Source: Sedimentisphaeraceae bacterium JB056 (lineage in GTDB: Bacteria > Planctomycetota > Phycisphaerae > Sedimentisphaerales > Sedimentisphaeraceae). From it: DNA of 64,000 nucleotides. Numbering within the stretch: the stretch's first letter is position 1; each line of letters starts with the position of its first letter. Where the stretch lies: assembly GCA_044440125.1 (NCBI GenBank), contig JBITAJ010000008.1, positions 1 through 64,000 of the forward strand, in the 5' to 3' direction. Made by a program: the position numbers and the translations under genes. A model generated the notes under the pieces. The model searched no databases and had not been told where the DNA came from. It saw only the letters and a program-made list of their open reading frames with translations. Below are positions 1-7,812 of this stretch, piece after piece.

Positions 1-255
1 GGTGAATTCACGGCGGCTATGCTTCTTATGGCCCCGCTGAGCGCCTTGTTTACGCTTGGGATTTTTAGGGCTTGGCCTGCTTGTCGGCTTAACGATGTCA
101 GAGGAAGGAGACATAGAAGAATTGCCCGAATTCTTCTTAAGCCGGGCGATTTCTTCGCGAAGAAACTGGTTCTCCTTCTCAAGTTCCTTAACCCGAACGG
201 TGAGAATATTAACCTGCTCGATCAGTTTTTCAATTATGGCGTCTCTTTCATCCAT
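1..255 (-). CDS. IS66-family transposase, N-terminal part (runs off the window start)
   Basis: Not in the ORF track. Manual minus-strand translation from ATG 255: MDERDAIIEKLIEQVNILTVRVKELEKENQFLREEIARLKKNSGNSSMSPSSDIVKP...KRKQGAQRGHKKHSRREFT. Coiled coil followed by NSSxxPSSD and GxQxGH, the typical IS66 (DUF6444-type) N-terminus. Confidence 0.85.
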   Translation of the reverse strand, partial: MDERDAIIEKLIEQVNILTVRVKELEKENQFLREEIARLKKNSGNSSMSPSSDIVKPTSRPSPKNPKRKQGAQRGHKKHSRREFT

Positions 256-344
256 AACGCCTATTATTCAAACTTTTATAGATTTAAACAGCTTTATTTT
301 GGAGAAATTAGAGTTTTTTTCAAATCCACCCCGTGAACGGGTAC
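1..344 (-). mobile_element. IS66-family element, left end (partial)
   Basis: Minus strand from 344 reads GTACCCGTTCACGGGG, resembling GTAA-type IS66 termini, ~90 bp upstream of the transposase start. The other end lies outside the window. Confidence 0.65.
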
Positions 345-559
345 ACTTTTTTTGCACTGAATTTAACCCAAAGTGGTCTCAAATGCGCCCAAACGCGCGC
401 TTTTTGCTCACTTTTTAACGTTTTTTGAGCAAAAGTGTGTCAAAAAAAGGAAAAGTCTTACGTGACAGGAAAAAATGGGTTCTTTTATGATATTATTTTG
501 CTATTTTCGCGGTTTTTGACCTTGAAAAGCGGGAAAAGATTAACGCAAAGACGCTAATT

Positions 560-625
560 AATTACGAATTTAGAATTAGGAATTGTATGGATAGCAGTTC
601 GTAGTTCGCAGATAGCAGCGAGTAG
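560..625. repeat. Degenerate 7-bp tandem repeats
   Basis: AATTACG-AATTTAG-AATTAGG-AATTGTA (560-587) and ATAGCAG-TTCGTAG-TTCGCAG-ATAGCAG-CGAGTAG (591-625). Confidence 0.6.
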
Positions 626-784
626 AAAATATGGCTTTCGCCGTGAGGGTGTGGGATTTCTTTCTTGTATAACTTTCATCAGAGAATATAATAGTTTAAT
701 ATGATTATGGTAATCTTACTATGTTGCCGGTAGATTAGTCGTAAATTGTTGTAAATGAAAGATTTAACGAATAAAAAAAGAAAC

Positions 785-800
785 CTGACCCCTTTAATTC
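785..800 (+). repeat. 16-bp direct repeat CTGACCCCTTTAATTC, copy 1
   Basis: Identical to 1370-1385. Confidence 0.9.
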
Positions 801-1365
801 TCCCAAGCGGTTTTGATTCTTATTATGTCAGCAGATATTTTGTGAGACGTAAACGTGTTAAGCATTTAAGTATATGGGAAGAAACTGTTTATAGACGCTA
901 TCCTAAATTGTCAATTGTATGCGATTGCTTCAATCATGGTATCCTGTCTGTTGTTGCTACTCGTGGACCAAGCGTTGATGTTAACCAATTCTGCAAACTT
1001 CTGCTTTTAGCAACAAAGAATGTCAGAATAGCCAATATGCTTGCAGATGCCGGCTATGATAGCGAGAAGAATCACCAGTATGCAAGAGATGTTCATCATA
1101 TAAACACGACAATACCAGCAAGGCACGGCAGACCTACAACAAAACTGCCAAAAACAAAATATCGTAGGGAAATGAAAACGGATTTCAATAAAGAGATTTA
1201 TGGTCAAAGATGGCAGGTCGAGACAATATTCAGCATGCTTAAAAGAAACTATGGATCGGCGTTAAGAGCTAAGAAATATTGGGCACAGTGTAGGGAGTTG
1301 ATGCTCTTTTCACTGACTCATAATATCGCCATAATTCGGCGTGTAACTAACCTTTTCTACAGAGC
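801..1365 (+). pseudogene. 5'-truncated IS5/IS4-like DDE transposase (within ORF 755..1435)
   Basis: Motifs LADAGYDSE and YGQRWQVETIFSMLKR. The sequence begins at PSGF, where the first catalytic D(S/T)xG motif is expected, so the N-terminal part is missing. Putative right end TTTTCTACAGAGC at ~1353-1365. Confidence 0.75.
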
Positions 1366-1369
1366 AGAT

Positions 1370-1400
1370 CTGACCCCTTTAATTCGATCTTTAATTCGAT
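1370..1400 (+). repeat. 16-bp direct repeat copy 2 with tandem 12-bp duplication
   Basis: CTGACCCCTTTAATTC at 1370-1385; CTTTAATTCGAT occurs in tandem at 1377-1388 and 1389-1400. Confidence 0.9.
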
Positions 1401-1431
1401 CCACGTACACTGGAAGAGTTATCAATCGCCA

Positions 1432-1965
1432 GTGAAATTGCAAGGATTTAACAAGACAAGGTTGACAATATTGAAAACTATTCGAAGATTACTAATCTTA
1501 CTACTAATCCAACTAATTGTATATATAGTATTAATGTTACATATGGGACTGATGTATAAAAAACATTTCTTCCTTTTTTCAAACTATGTGGGAGTTAAGT
1601 ATATTAAGCAAAGCCTGAAATTTAATGGAGAGGGCACGGCGGTAGTACCTGGCATTAACTGGTGCGACCAAGTATATGCAAATAGAAATTTGTCAAAAAT
1701 AATTGACGGTAATCTTGACAGAAGCTTTCAGAATAAAAAAATACCTTTTGCTTTTAATGAAGCTATATTCGCTGATTCAACAGAATTAAAGAATGATTTG
1801 GTACTATTTTTCAGCTATGAAGAAGGCTGGAATCAAAAAGCTGATAAAGAAGATTTAATCACTTTTCTTGACCAAGAAATTGCTTATTTAGTATTTTATG
1901 ATGGGACTATTAGAATTTGCTGGAGAGAAGATGATGTCAAAGACCTAAATTGGGGAGAAAAATGA
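1432..1965 (+). CDS. Membrane-anchored hypothetical protein, degenerate planctomycete H-X9-DG-like domain
   Basis: N-terminal TM segment; NWCD...FAFN...LVLFF...GWNQ...YLVFYDG pattern recalls planctomycete DUF1559/H-X9-DG C-termini but lacks the His. Start uncertain. Confidence 0.5.
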   Translation: MKLQGFNKTRLTILKTIRRLLILLLIQLIVYIVLMLHMGLMYKKHFFLFSNYVGVKYIKQSLKFNGEGTAVVPGINWCDQVYANRNLSKIIDGNLDRSFQNKKIPFAFNEAIFADSTELKNDLVLFFSYEEGWNQKADKEDLITFLDQEIAYLVFYDGTIRICWREDDVKDLNWGEK

Positions 1966-2519
1966 TAAAAGATATTCCTAAAACACTGATTATAACAATT
2001 CTAGTTACTTTGAACCTGCTCTTGTTTTGGGCAATTTTGAAGATTTCAATGATCTTGTCTGAATTTTATTCAATACTGTCATTACCAGGCTACGATTTTT
2101 GAAAGAAACTTGTCATGCAGTATATAAAACAGTTTATTGTAATAGCATTACTGGCGTCAATATGTTTTTTTGTCGTATTACCCATTTTCACAATCATTGA
2201 TCCCATCAATATACTATTAAGTCCTGAAAACACTTTTACATTCCTAGCTTCAGGCTTTTTTAGATATTCCTTGATAGGTATTATAATTGCTTTTGCACTT
2301 GCATTATGTTACAAGGAAAAGGTCATATCCATGACAATATATACATCAATATACTTCATTTTTATGTATGGTATATATATTCTATATAAAATAACATTTA
2401 ACCCACTTTACTTTAAAAGCTCTTATGCAATTATCTTATTCATGTCTAATTCAGCATTCTTGCTAATAAGTTCAATAACAACTGCAACGTTTTGTAAAAG
2501 TAGAGGCTACGCCTGTTAA
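1962..2519 (+). pseudogene. Polytopic membrane protein interrupted by one in-frame TGA (2100-2102); distal part is ORF 2115..2519
   Basis: ATG 1962 overlaps the previous stop (ATGA). 46 hydrophobic codons, then TGA, then KKLV in frame into the ATG at 2115. Confidence 0.65.
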
Positions 2520-2545
2520 TTAGCAGGGGATTTAAAGGTTTAAAA

Positions 2546-2959
2546 ATGAAAAAGTTCATATTATACTCGCTCTTCTTTATGGTTGGTTGTTTTTTTGCGA
2601 TATCCATAGCTGCTTGGCAAGATACGACATTCGGCTTAAAGCAAAGAAGAGCTTACGATGAAATTAATTTAATATTCGAAAAGAAACTCAAAAATGACGT
2701 TTCTTACAAAGATTTATGCAGCAAAAGTATCTTCCAGATAATTGAAGAAGATTTTCCACCTGAGGCCAATAGTTTTCATGTTTTAATTGATGATTATTCT
2801 TTCGGTTCTTTTGAAGGCAGAGTGTTTTTTGATACAGGTGAAGTATTCTTAATTGAATTTTCGAATCAAACAAATGGAGAAAATAAGCTCTCCAATTTTG
2901 AAAAATTGATTTGGCCGGACAGAAAAAATGGAGAAACTTACTGGAATAATGCAAGGTGA
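2546..2959 (+). CDS. Hypothetical exported/membrane protein
   Basis: MKK followed by a hydrophobic signal-like N-terminus; 137 aa; AT-rich; no recognisable domain. Confidence 0.6.
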   Translation: MKKFILYSLFFMVGCFFAISIAAWQDTTFGLKQRRAYDEINLIFEKKLKNDVSYKDLCSKSIFQIIEEDFPPEANSFHVLIDDYSFGSFEGRVFFDTGEVFLIEFSNQTNGENKLSNFEKLIWPDRKNGETYWNNAR

Positions 2960-3131
2960 ATTCAAATTTGATATGGAAAAATACGAGCGAAAAAGCTATA
3001 AAGACAGGATTGAAAACGGCAGCAGTGACATGGACAAGATGCCGGAGAAATGTAAAGACTGTGTGAATTGTACAATTGAAAATGGTGTTTATTGCTGTTC
3101 TCAGGTGTATTGCATAAGAAACGAGGTTTAA
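2928..3131 (+). CDS. Small Cys-rich hypothetical protein (start possibly 2949)
   Basis: CKDCVNC...YCCSQVYC; overlaps the previous stop; ends at the MITE target site. Confidence 0.35.
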   Translation: MEKLTGIMQGEFKFDMEKYERKSYKDRIENGSSDMDKMPEKCKDCVNCTIENGVYCCSQVYCIRNEV

Positions 3132-3135
3132 TATA

Positions 3136-3234
3136 GGCGAAACTGACAAAAGTCAATCGTTGCTGATTAAATCTGCGATTTTAATCAGATATCAAGGGGC
3201 AATTGGACGTTTATCAACTTTTGTCGGACGCATC
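3136..3234 (+). mobile_element. MITE-like element, copy 1 (99 bp), 6-bp TSD AATATA
   Basis: Imperfect terminal IRs (GGCGAAACTGACAAAAGT / ACTTTTGTCGGACGCATC) and internal hairpin CTGATTAAA..TTTAATCAG. AATATA at 3130-3135 and 3235-3240. Homologous to 42510-42607. Confidence 0.88.
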
Positions 3235-3274
3235 AATATAAGCTAGTTTAATATGATTCAAATATCAGTCTAAT

Positions 3275-3303
3275 TTGACATAGCAGGCATAATTCTTTAT
3301 AAT
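3275..3303 (+). promoter_or_regulatory. Consensus sigma70 promoter
   Basis: TTGACA (3275-3280), 17-bp spacer, TATAAT (3298-3303), upstream of ORF 3349. Confidence 0.8.
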
Positions 3304-3348
3304 CATTAAGTAGTTTGGTGTGTGTAGTTAATTTTTATTCACTTTCTT

Positions 3349-4881
3349 ATGAGGAGAAGAGGAATGAGCCAGTTACATGGATTTCAATGGAGATTAGCAG
3401 TAAGCGTATTGTTGTTTTTTACTGTAACTGCTTGTGTTCATTCCGGATACGAATGGCTGCTTAACCAATCCACGGCCTTTGCAGACGATGCTTACGAGAT
3501 CAATATCTGTTTTGGTGACGCAAACAATGACGGTTCTGACGAGATGGTTATTGGTAAGCACAAGGATTTCAAAATCGGCAGAACCATTGCGTTTCAGCAA
3601 ACAGCGGAGGGTTGGGATTCCGGGACGCAAATTTATTATGGCGGTAACGGCAATATGCATCCTGTAGTAGGTGTTATTAACGGCAATAAGTGGCTGGTAG
3701 TCAACAGGCATGAACAGGGTAATACATCAGGAATCCTTCAGTTTCTAAGATTTGACAGCTCATTTACTCTTGTAAATAGTCGCTCTATCCCAGCCAAAGA
3801 CCCTTATTTCTCGGATCAGATATTTATCGGTGAAACGGTGTATTTCAACACCCGCGGCAGACTTGCTACAGCCGAGTGGATTGGTTCGGGATTAAGCACA
3901 ACCGATTTGACGGCTAACGGCGAAGCCAATAAATTTGCCACAATTTCAGCTGCCGACCTTACCGGTGACGGTAATCAAGAGATTGTCTACTGGACATACC
4001 AAGATTACATAAGGGGGCTGAGTATCCTCCGCAATCGTGTTGAACATGAGGTTGCTTATAATATGACAACCTATTTCACGACAGGAGAATTTAATTCAAA
4101 CACTTCTGCGAAGGAATTAATATATACAGATGGGGTGAGTGGGAATGTCCGGCTTGTAAGTTATGATGCGGATCTTGACACTTTTGTATCTGAAGTTGTT
4201 CTGACAGGCCAGAATTCAGTGCGAACACTAACATCATTGGATACCGATGGTGATGGCATTGATGAGGTTTTTATGTCTACGAGCGACGGCTATATTCTGA
4301 AGTATAATCTTGTTTCCGAGAACCTGCAGACAATAATCGCTTCAGGTGTTTTTTGGACAGACGCTGTTACAGCTGATTGGGGTGACGGGGCCAAGGCCGT
4401 TTTTGCCGGCAGTGATGGCGGCGATGTTTCTGTGATTGCGATGGACTCAGATATTGCCGTAATCAATAACATTTCCGGCAATGCTTTTTTGCATGACAGT
4501 CCTATTGACATTGAATGGTCTTTTTATGGACCATCATTGCCTGTTGATATACAAGTTAGGGATATAACTTCGCAAACATGGACAACCATATCGACAGTTA
4601 ATTCCATGTCAGAGTCGTACCAATGTTTGGGTCTTCCAGAAGGCGAATATTACCTTCGAATTGCAGACAACGGCAACAATAATGTCGTATATGGTCAGAG
4701 TGATATCTTTTATGTATATGCATGCAGCCAAATGCTTGCCGGCGACTGGAATTCTGACTGCAATGTCGATATAGAAGATTTCGGTTTGCTTTCTGCGAAT
4801 TACACCGTTCTGGCAGAACTCAATGAGCTTGTTGCAAACTGGCTGATATGCAGTAATCCATACGACCCTGATTGCTTGTAA
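3349..4881 (+). CDS. Secreted FG-GAP/VCBS-repeat protein with C-terminal dockerin-like domain
   Basis: Signal peptide (start probably ATG 3364); Ca-binding repeats GDANNDGSDE, ADLTGDGNQE, LDTDGDGIDE; Ig-like segment; C-terminal GDWNSDCNVDIEDF...NWLIC..P...C. Confidence 0.75.
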   Translation: MRRRGMSQLHGFQWRLAVSVLLFFTVTACVHSGYEWLLNQSTAFADDAYEINICFGDANNDGSDEMVIGKHKDFKIGRTIAFQQTAEGWDSGTQIYYGGNGNMHPVVGVINGNKWLVVNRHEQGNTSGILQFLRFDSSFTLVNSRSIPAKDPYFSDQIFIGETVYFNTRGRLATAEWIGSGLSTTDLTANGEANKFATISAADLTGDGNQEIVYWTYQDYIRGLSILRNRVEHEVAYNMTTYFTTGEFNSNTSAKELIYTDGVSGNVRLVSYDADLDTFVSEVVLTGQNSVRTLTSLDTDGDGIDEVFMSTSDGYILKYNLVSENLQTIIASGVFWTDAVTADWGDGAKAVFAGSDGGDVSVIAMDSDIAVINNISGNAFLHDSPIDIEWSFYGPSLPVDIQVRDITSQTWTTISTVNSMSESYQCLGLPEGEYYLRIADNGNNNVVYGQSDIFYVYACSQMLAGDWNSDCNVDIEDFGLLSANYTVLAELNELVANWLICSNPYDPDCL

Positions 4882-4885
4882 TATA

Positions 4886-5632
4886 TCAGGCACGCAGGTT
4901 AGCTGTTTCTATACTTTTAAGCAATTGAGGCAGGTCAGATATCTTGTCTATCCTCATAATCTGAGGGGGCGTTTCTTTGTCTTCATTTGCGTGTGATTTT
5001 TTAAGTGCGCATTTTATATCTGCGGCAATGCAGCCGGCGGCATCGGTATCTACACGATCTCCGACAAAAAGAACTTGATCCTTATTAAGCCCCATTTCGT
5101 TAACCGCGTCAAAGAATATCCGTTTATCGGGTTTGCGATACGGGTAATAGCAGGAGTAGAGCCGCATCTCGAAAAAATCATAAATGCCAATCTCTTTGAG
5201 ATGATGGTCTAAGGCTTCTTTGCCAACGAAAGTATTTGAGAGTATGCCAAGCCTGAATTCCATGTCTTTGAGTGTCTGCATGGTCTGTACTATGTCAGGT
5301 TCAATGTAGGCAAGCTCTGCAAGCGGTTTGTACCAAAGCCAGTTGATCTCAAGCCATTGCCGGTCAGTTATCCGGTATCCCTTTTTTCTGCCTATTTCCT
5401 TCATTACATCGAATGAGTCAAAATCCTTTCCTGTGATGTCAGACCAAAGGCAACGTAACCTGATTTCCAGCATGTTTCTCAGGAAATAAGCCCAGAATGG
5501 TCCGGTAGGCTGATTCAGTTCGTTCAGATATTCATAGCTTGACCGGGCCGCTCGTTTTATTGCAGCGGTTTTGTCTACTTTGCCAAAATTTATCAGTGTG
5601 TCACCGAGGTCGAATAGTATAGCTTTTATCAT
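4886..5632 (-). CDS. HAD-superfamily hydrolase (subfamily IA)
   Basis: FDLGDTL, ILSN, KPDKRIF and FVGDRVDTD motifs. Confidence 0.85.
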   Translation of the reverse strand: MIKAILFDLGDTLINFGKVDKTAAIKRAARSSYEYLNELNQPTGPFWAYFLRNMLEIRLRCLWSDITGKDFDSFDVMKEIGRKKGYRITDRQWLEINWLWYKPLAELAYIEPDIVQTMQTLKDMEFRLGILSNTFVGKEALDHHLKEIGIYDFFEMRLYSCYYPYRKPDKRIFFDAVNEMGLNKDQVLFVGDRVDTDAAGCIAADIKCALKKSHANEDKETPPQIMRIDKISDLPQLLKSIETANLRA

Positions 5633-5705
5633 TTTATGTTCTTGTTAGTTCGTAGTTTTAATTTCATTGTTGGCAGTTCAGTTTATCCGCCGTCTATTTT
5701 ATTGT

Positions 5706-7235
5706 TTATAATTTTCTGTCAAGCTTTCTGTAGCTTATCGCCTCTGAAATGTGCTCGGGCTGCACATTTTCAAACCCTTCTAGGTCGGCAATAGTACGGG
5801 CAACCTTGCATATCTTATCATGCGCCCTTGCGCTTAAGGCAAGCTCAGTCATGGCATTTTTCAGCATTGATTCACCCATAGCATCAAGGCCGCAGAACTT
5901 TTCTATTTGCTTATGGCTCATGTGAGCATTTGTCATCAGTTTACTGTTGCCGAACCGTTGAGCCTGCAGATCTCTTGCCCGTATGACCTGCTGTCTGATT
6001 TCGGCTGAAGTGTAGCCATTCCGTTTGTCTCTGAGCTTCTGGTAATTCACAGCCGGTACATCAATATGTATGTCAATTCTGTCGAGCAGGGGGCCGGATA
6101 TTTTCGACATATATTTATCTACTTGCCGCTGTGTGCATTTACACTGCCGAATTGTGGAGCCATGATAGCCGCAGGGGCATGGATTGGCTGAGGCTATAAG
6201 CATAAATTGTGCTGGAAAAGTAAGTGTGTTTTTGGCTCTTGCTATAGTTACAGTACCATCCTCGAGCGGTTGTCTTATTGTTTCAAGTACATTTCGCGGA
6301 AATTCAGGGAACTCATCGAGAAACAATATGCCATGATGAGCAAGGCTGAGCTCGCCTGGTCTTGGATTTGTGCCGCCGCCAATAAGAGCCGGAGCACTTG
6401 CCGAGTGATGTGGACTTCTGAAAGGACGCTTGGCAAGCAGAGCATGCGAACGGTCAAGCATTCCAACTGATGAGTAGATTCTTGTTGTCTCAAGCGATTC
6501 AGCGAGTGACAAGGGCGGCAGGATCGTATTAATCCGTTTGCTGAGCATAGTCTTGCCGGAACCCGGAGGTCCTATCATGAGCACATTATGGCCTCCTGCG
6601 GCAGCTATTGTCAAGGCACGCTTTACTGACTCCTGTCCTTTGACATCGGAGAAATCTATGTCGTAAGTCCTTGATACGTCAAATAGCCTATCAAGATCTA
6701 CAACGGTTTCCTCTAATTCCAGTTGCTGGCTAAGAAAGCCTATTACCGAAGCCAATGTGCCTGCGCCGTAGACCTTTATACCCTGTACGACAGCGGCTTC
6801 GGGGGCATTTTCGAGTGGTACTATTATTCTTTCAAAGCCTGCATCACGCGCACTTGCGGCCATGCTGAGAACACCGTTGACTGGCCGTATTCGTCCATCA
6901 AGTGCCAACTCGCCAACCATTACTTCCTTTTTCAGATTTTCGCATGTAATGGAGCCATTGGCTGCCAGCACACCTATAGCAATAGGTAAATCAAAAGCAG
7001 GGCCTTCTTTTTTTATGTCGGCAGGGGCGAGATTGACTACTATTTGGGTGTTTGGGTATTGATAGCCGCTGTTAATGATTGAGCTGTGAACCCTCTCGCT
7101 GCTTTCCTTAACGGCTGCATCAGGCAAACCGACTATCATTGACCTGTCGGAGCCTCCCTTGCTGATATGCACTTCGACTTCGCATACTTTACCGTCAATC
7201 CCTATCAATGTGACACTATTCAATCTTGCTAACAT
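5706..7235 (-). CDS. comM: YifB/ComM Mg-chelatase-like AAA+ ATPase
   Basis: IVGLPDAAVKES, GPPGSGKT, FRSPHHSAS, LFLDEFPEF, NPCPCG, ISGPLLDRID. Confidence 0.93.
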   Translation of the reverse strand: MLARLNSVTLIGIDGKVCEVEVHISKGGSDRSMIVGLPDAAVKESSERVHSSIINSGYQYPNTQIVVNLAPADIKKEGPAFDLPIAIGVLAANGSITCENLKKEVMVGELALDGRIRPVNGVLSMAASARDAGFERIIVPLENAPEAAVVQGIKVYGAGTLASVIGFLSQQLELEETVVDLDRLFDVSRTYDIDFSDVKGQESVKRALTIAAAGGHNVLMIGPPGSGKTMLSKRINTILPPLSLAESLETTRIYSSVGMLDRSHALLAKRPFRSPHHSASAPALIGGGTNPRPGELSLAHHGILFLDEFPEFPRNVLETIRQPLEDGTVTIARAKNTLTFPAQFMLIASANPCPCGYHGSTIRQCKCTQRQVDKYMSKISGPLLDRIDIHIDVPAVNYQKLRDKRNGYTSAEIRQQVIRARDLQAQRFGNSKLMTNAHMSHKQIEKFCGLDAMGESMLKNAMTELALSARAHDKICKVARTIADLEGFENVQPEHISEAISYRKLDRKL

Positions 7236-7264
7236 TATAACCTCCGCTGTAAAACTGTTTGAAT

Positions 7265-7798
7265 TCAGCAGCCGTTTTCAATCGGCTCCTCATTGTCTCC
7301 CTCTAATTCATCTTTATCAATGTTTTTGTTTTTTGCAGTGGCAGGATCAAGGAAGAAGAACATTGACAATGCCACGAGAGCTATTCCGCCGTAAAGCAGT
7401 ACATCTTGATTTTGCTTCTTGTTTATGAGAATGACCCACTCGGGTTTTGGTGTAAGCTCGAATTTATCTCCGATTATCTCCCTGACGGCATTCAATGACT
7501 CCTCTTTAAGCTCCTCACCGGGTTCTGGAAAATAGGTGTCATCTTTTTTAGGGTTTACGCCAAAAACAGAACGTCCAAGCCTTTGTTTTATATCGGGATC
7601 ACCGTAAAGAAGACTGAGTTTATCGTTATAGACAATTCGTTTGTCCTGCAAGATTTTTATCTGGTAGTCTACATATTCTTTATAACGTTTGTTATTGTAG
7701 TAAACATCAAATTCTTTGGCAAGAAACGACATTGACATGCTGCCAAAGCCTATAGCAAAAAAAAAGCAAAATAATAATGTTCTTACCAATGAGTACAT
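7265..7798 (-). CDS. Two-TM membrane protein with coiled coil (weak FtsB/DivIC-like segment)
   Basis: N- and C-terminal TM helices; LLYGDPDIKQRLGRSVFG segment; operonic spacing with its neighbours. Confidence 0.55.
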   Translation of the reverse strand: MYSLVRTLLFCFFFAIGFGSMSMSFLAKEFDVYYNNKRYKEYVDYQIKILQDKRIVYNDKLSLLYGDPDIKQRLGRSVFGVNPKKDDTYFPEPGEELKEESLNAVREIIGDKFELTPKPEWVILINKKQNQDVLLYGGIALVALSMFFFLDPATAKNKNIDKDELEGDNEEPIENGC

Positions 7799-7812
7799 GA
7801 GCCGTAAAATCT

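Noticed and set aside
19..418. Plus-strand ORFs 19..336 and 56..418
   Set aside because: Antisense shadows of the minus-strand IS66 transposase start.
755..800. N-terminus MKDLTNKKRNLTPLI of ORF 755..1435 as a real transposase start
   Set aside because: Derived from the palindrome and CTGACCCC repeat, not transposase sequence; the ORF is a chimera.
541..1402. Possible CRISPR array or integron attC array
   Set aside because: Only two 16-bp copies 585 bp apart, no regular spacers, no cas or intI gene, and no clear attC structure.
2100..2102. Selenocysteine codon
   Set aside because: Hydrophobic membrane context with no redox motif and no evident SECIS hairpin downstream.
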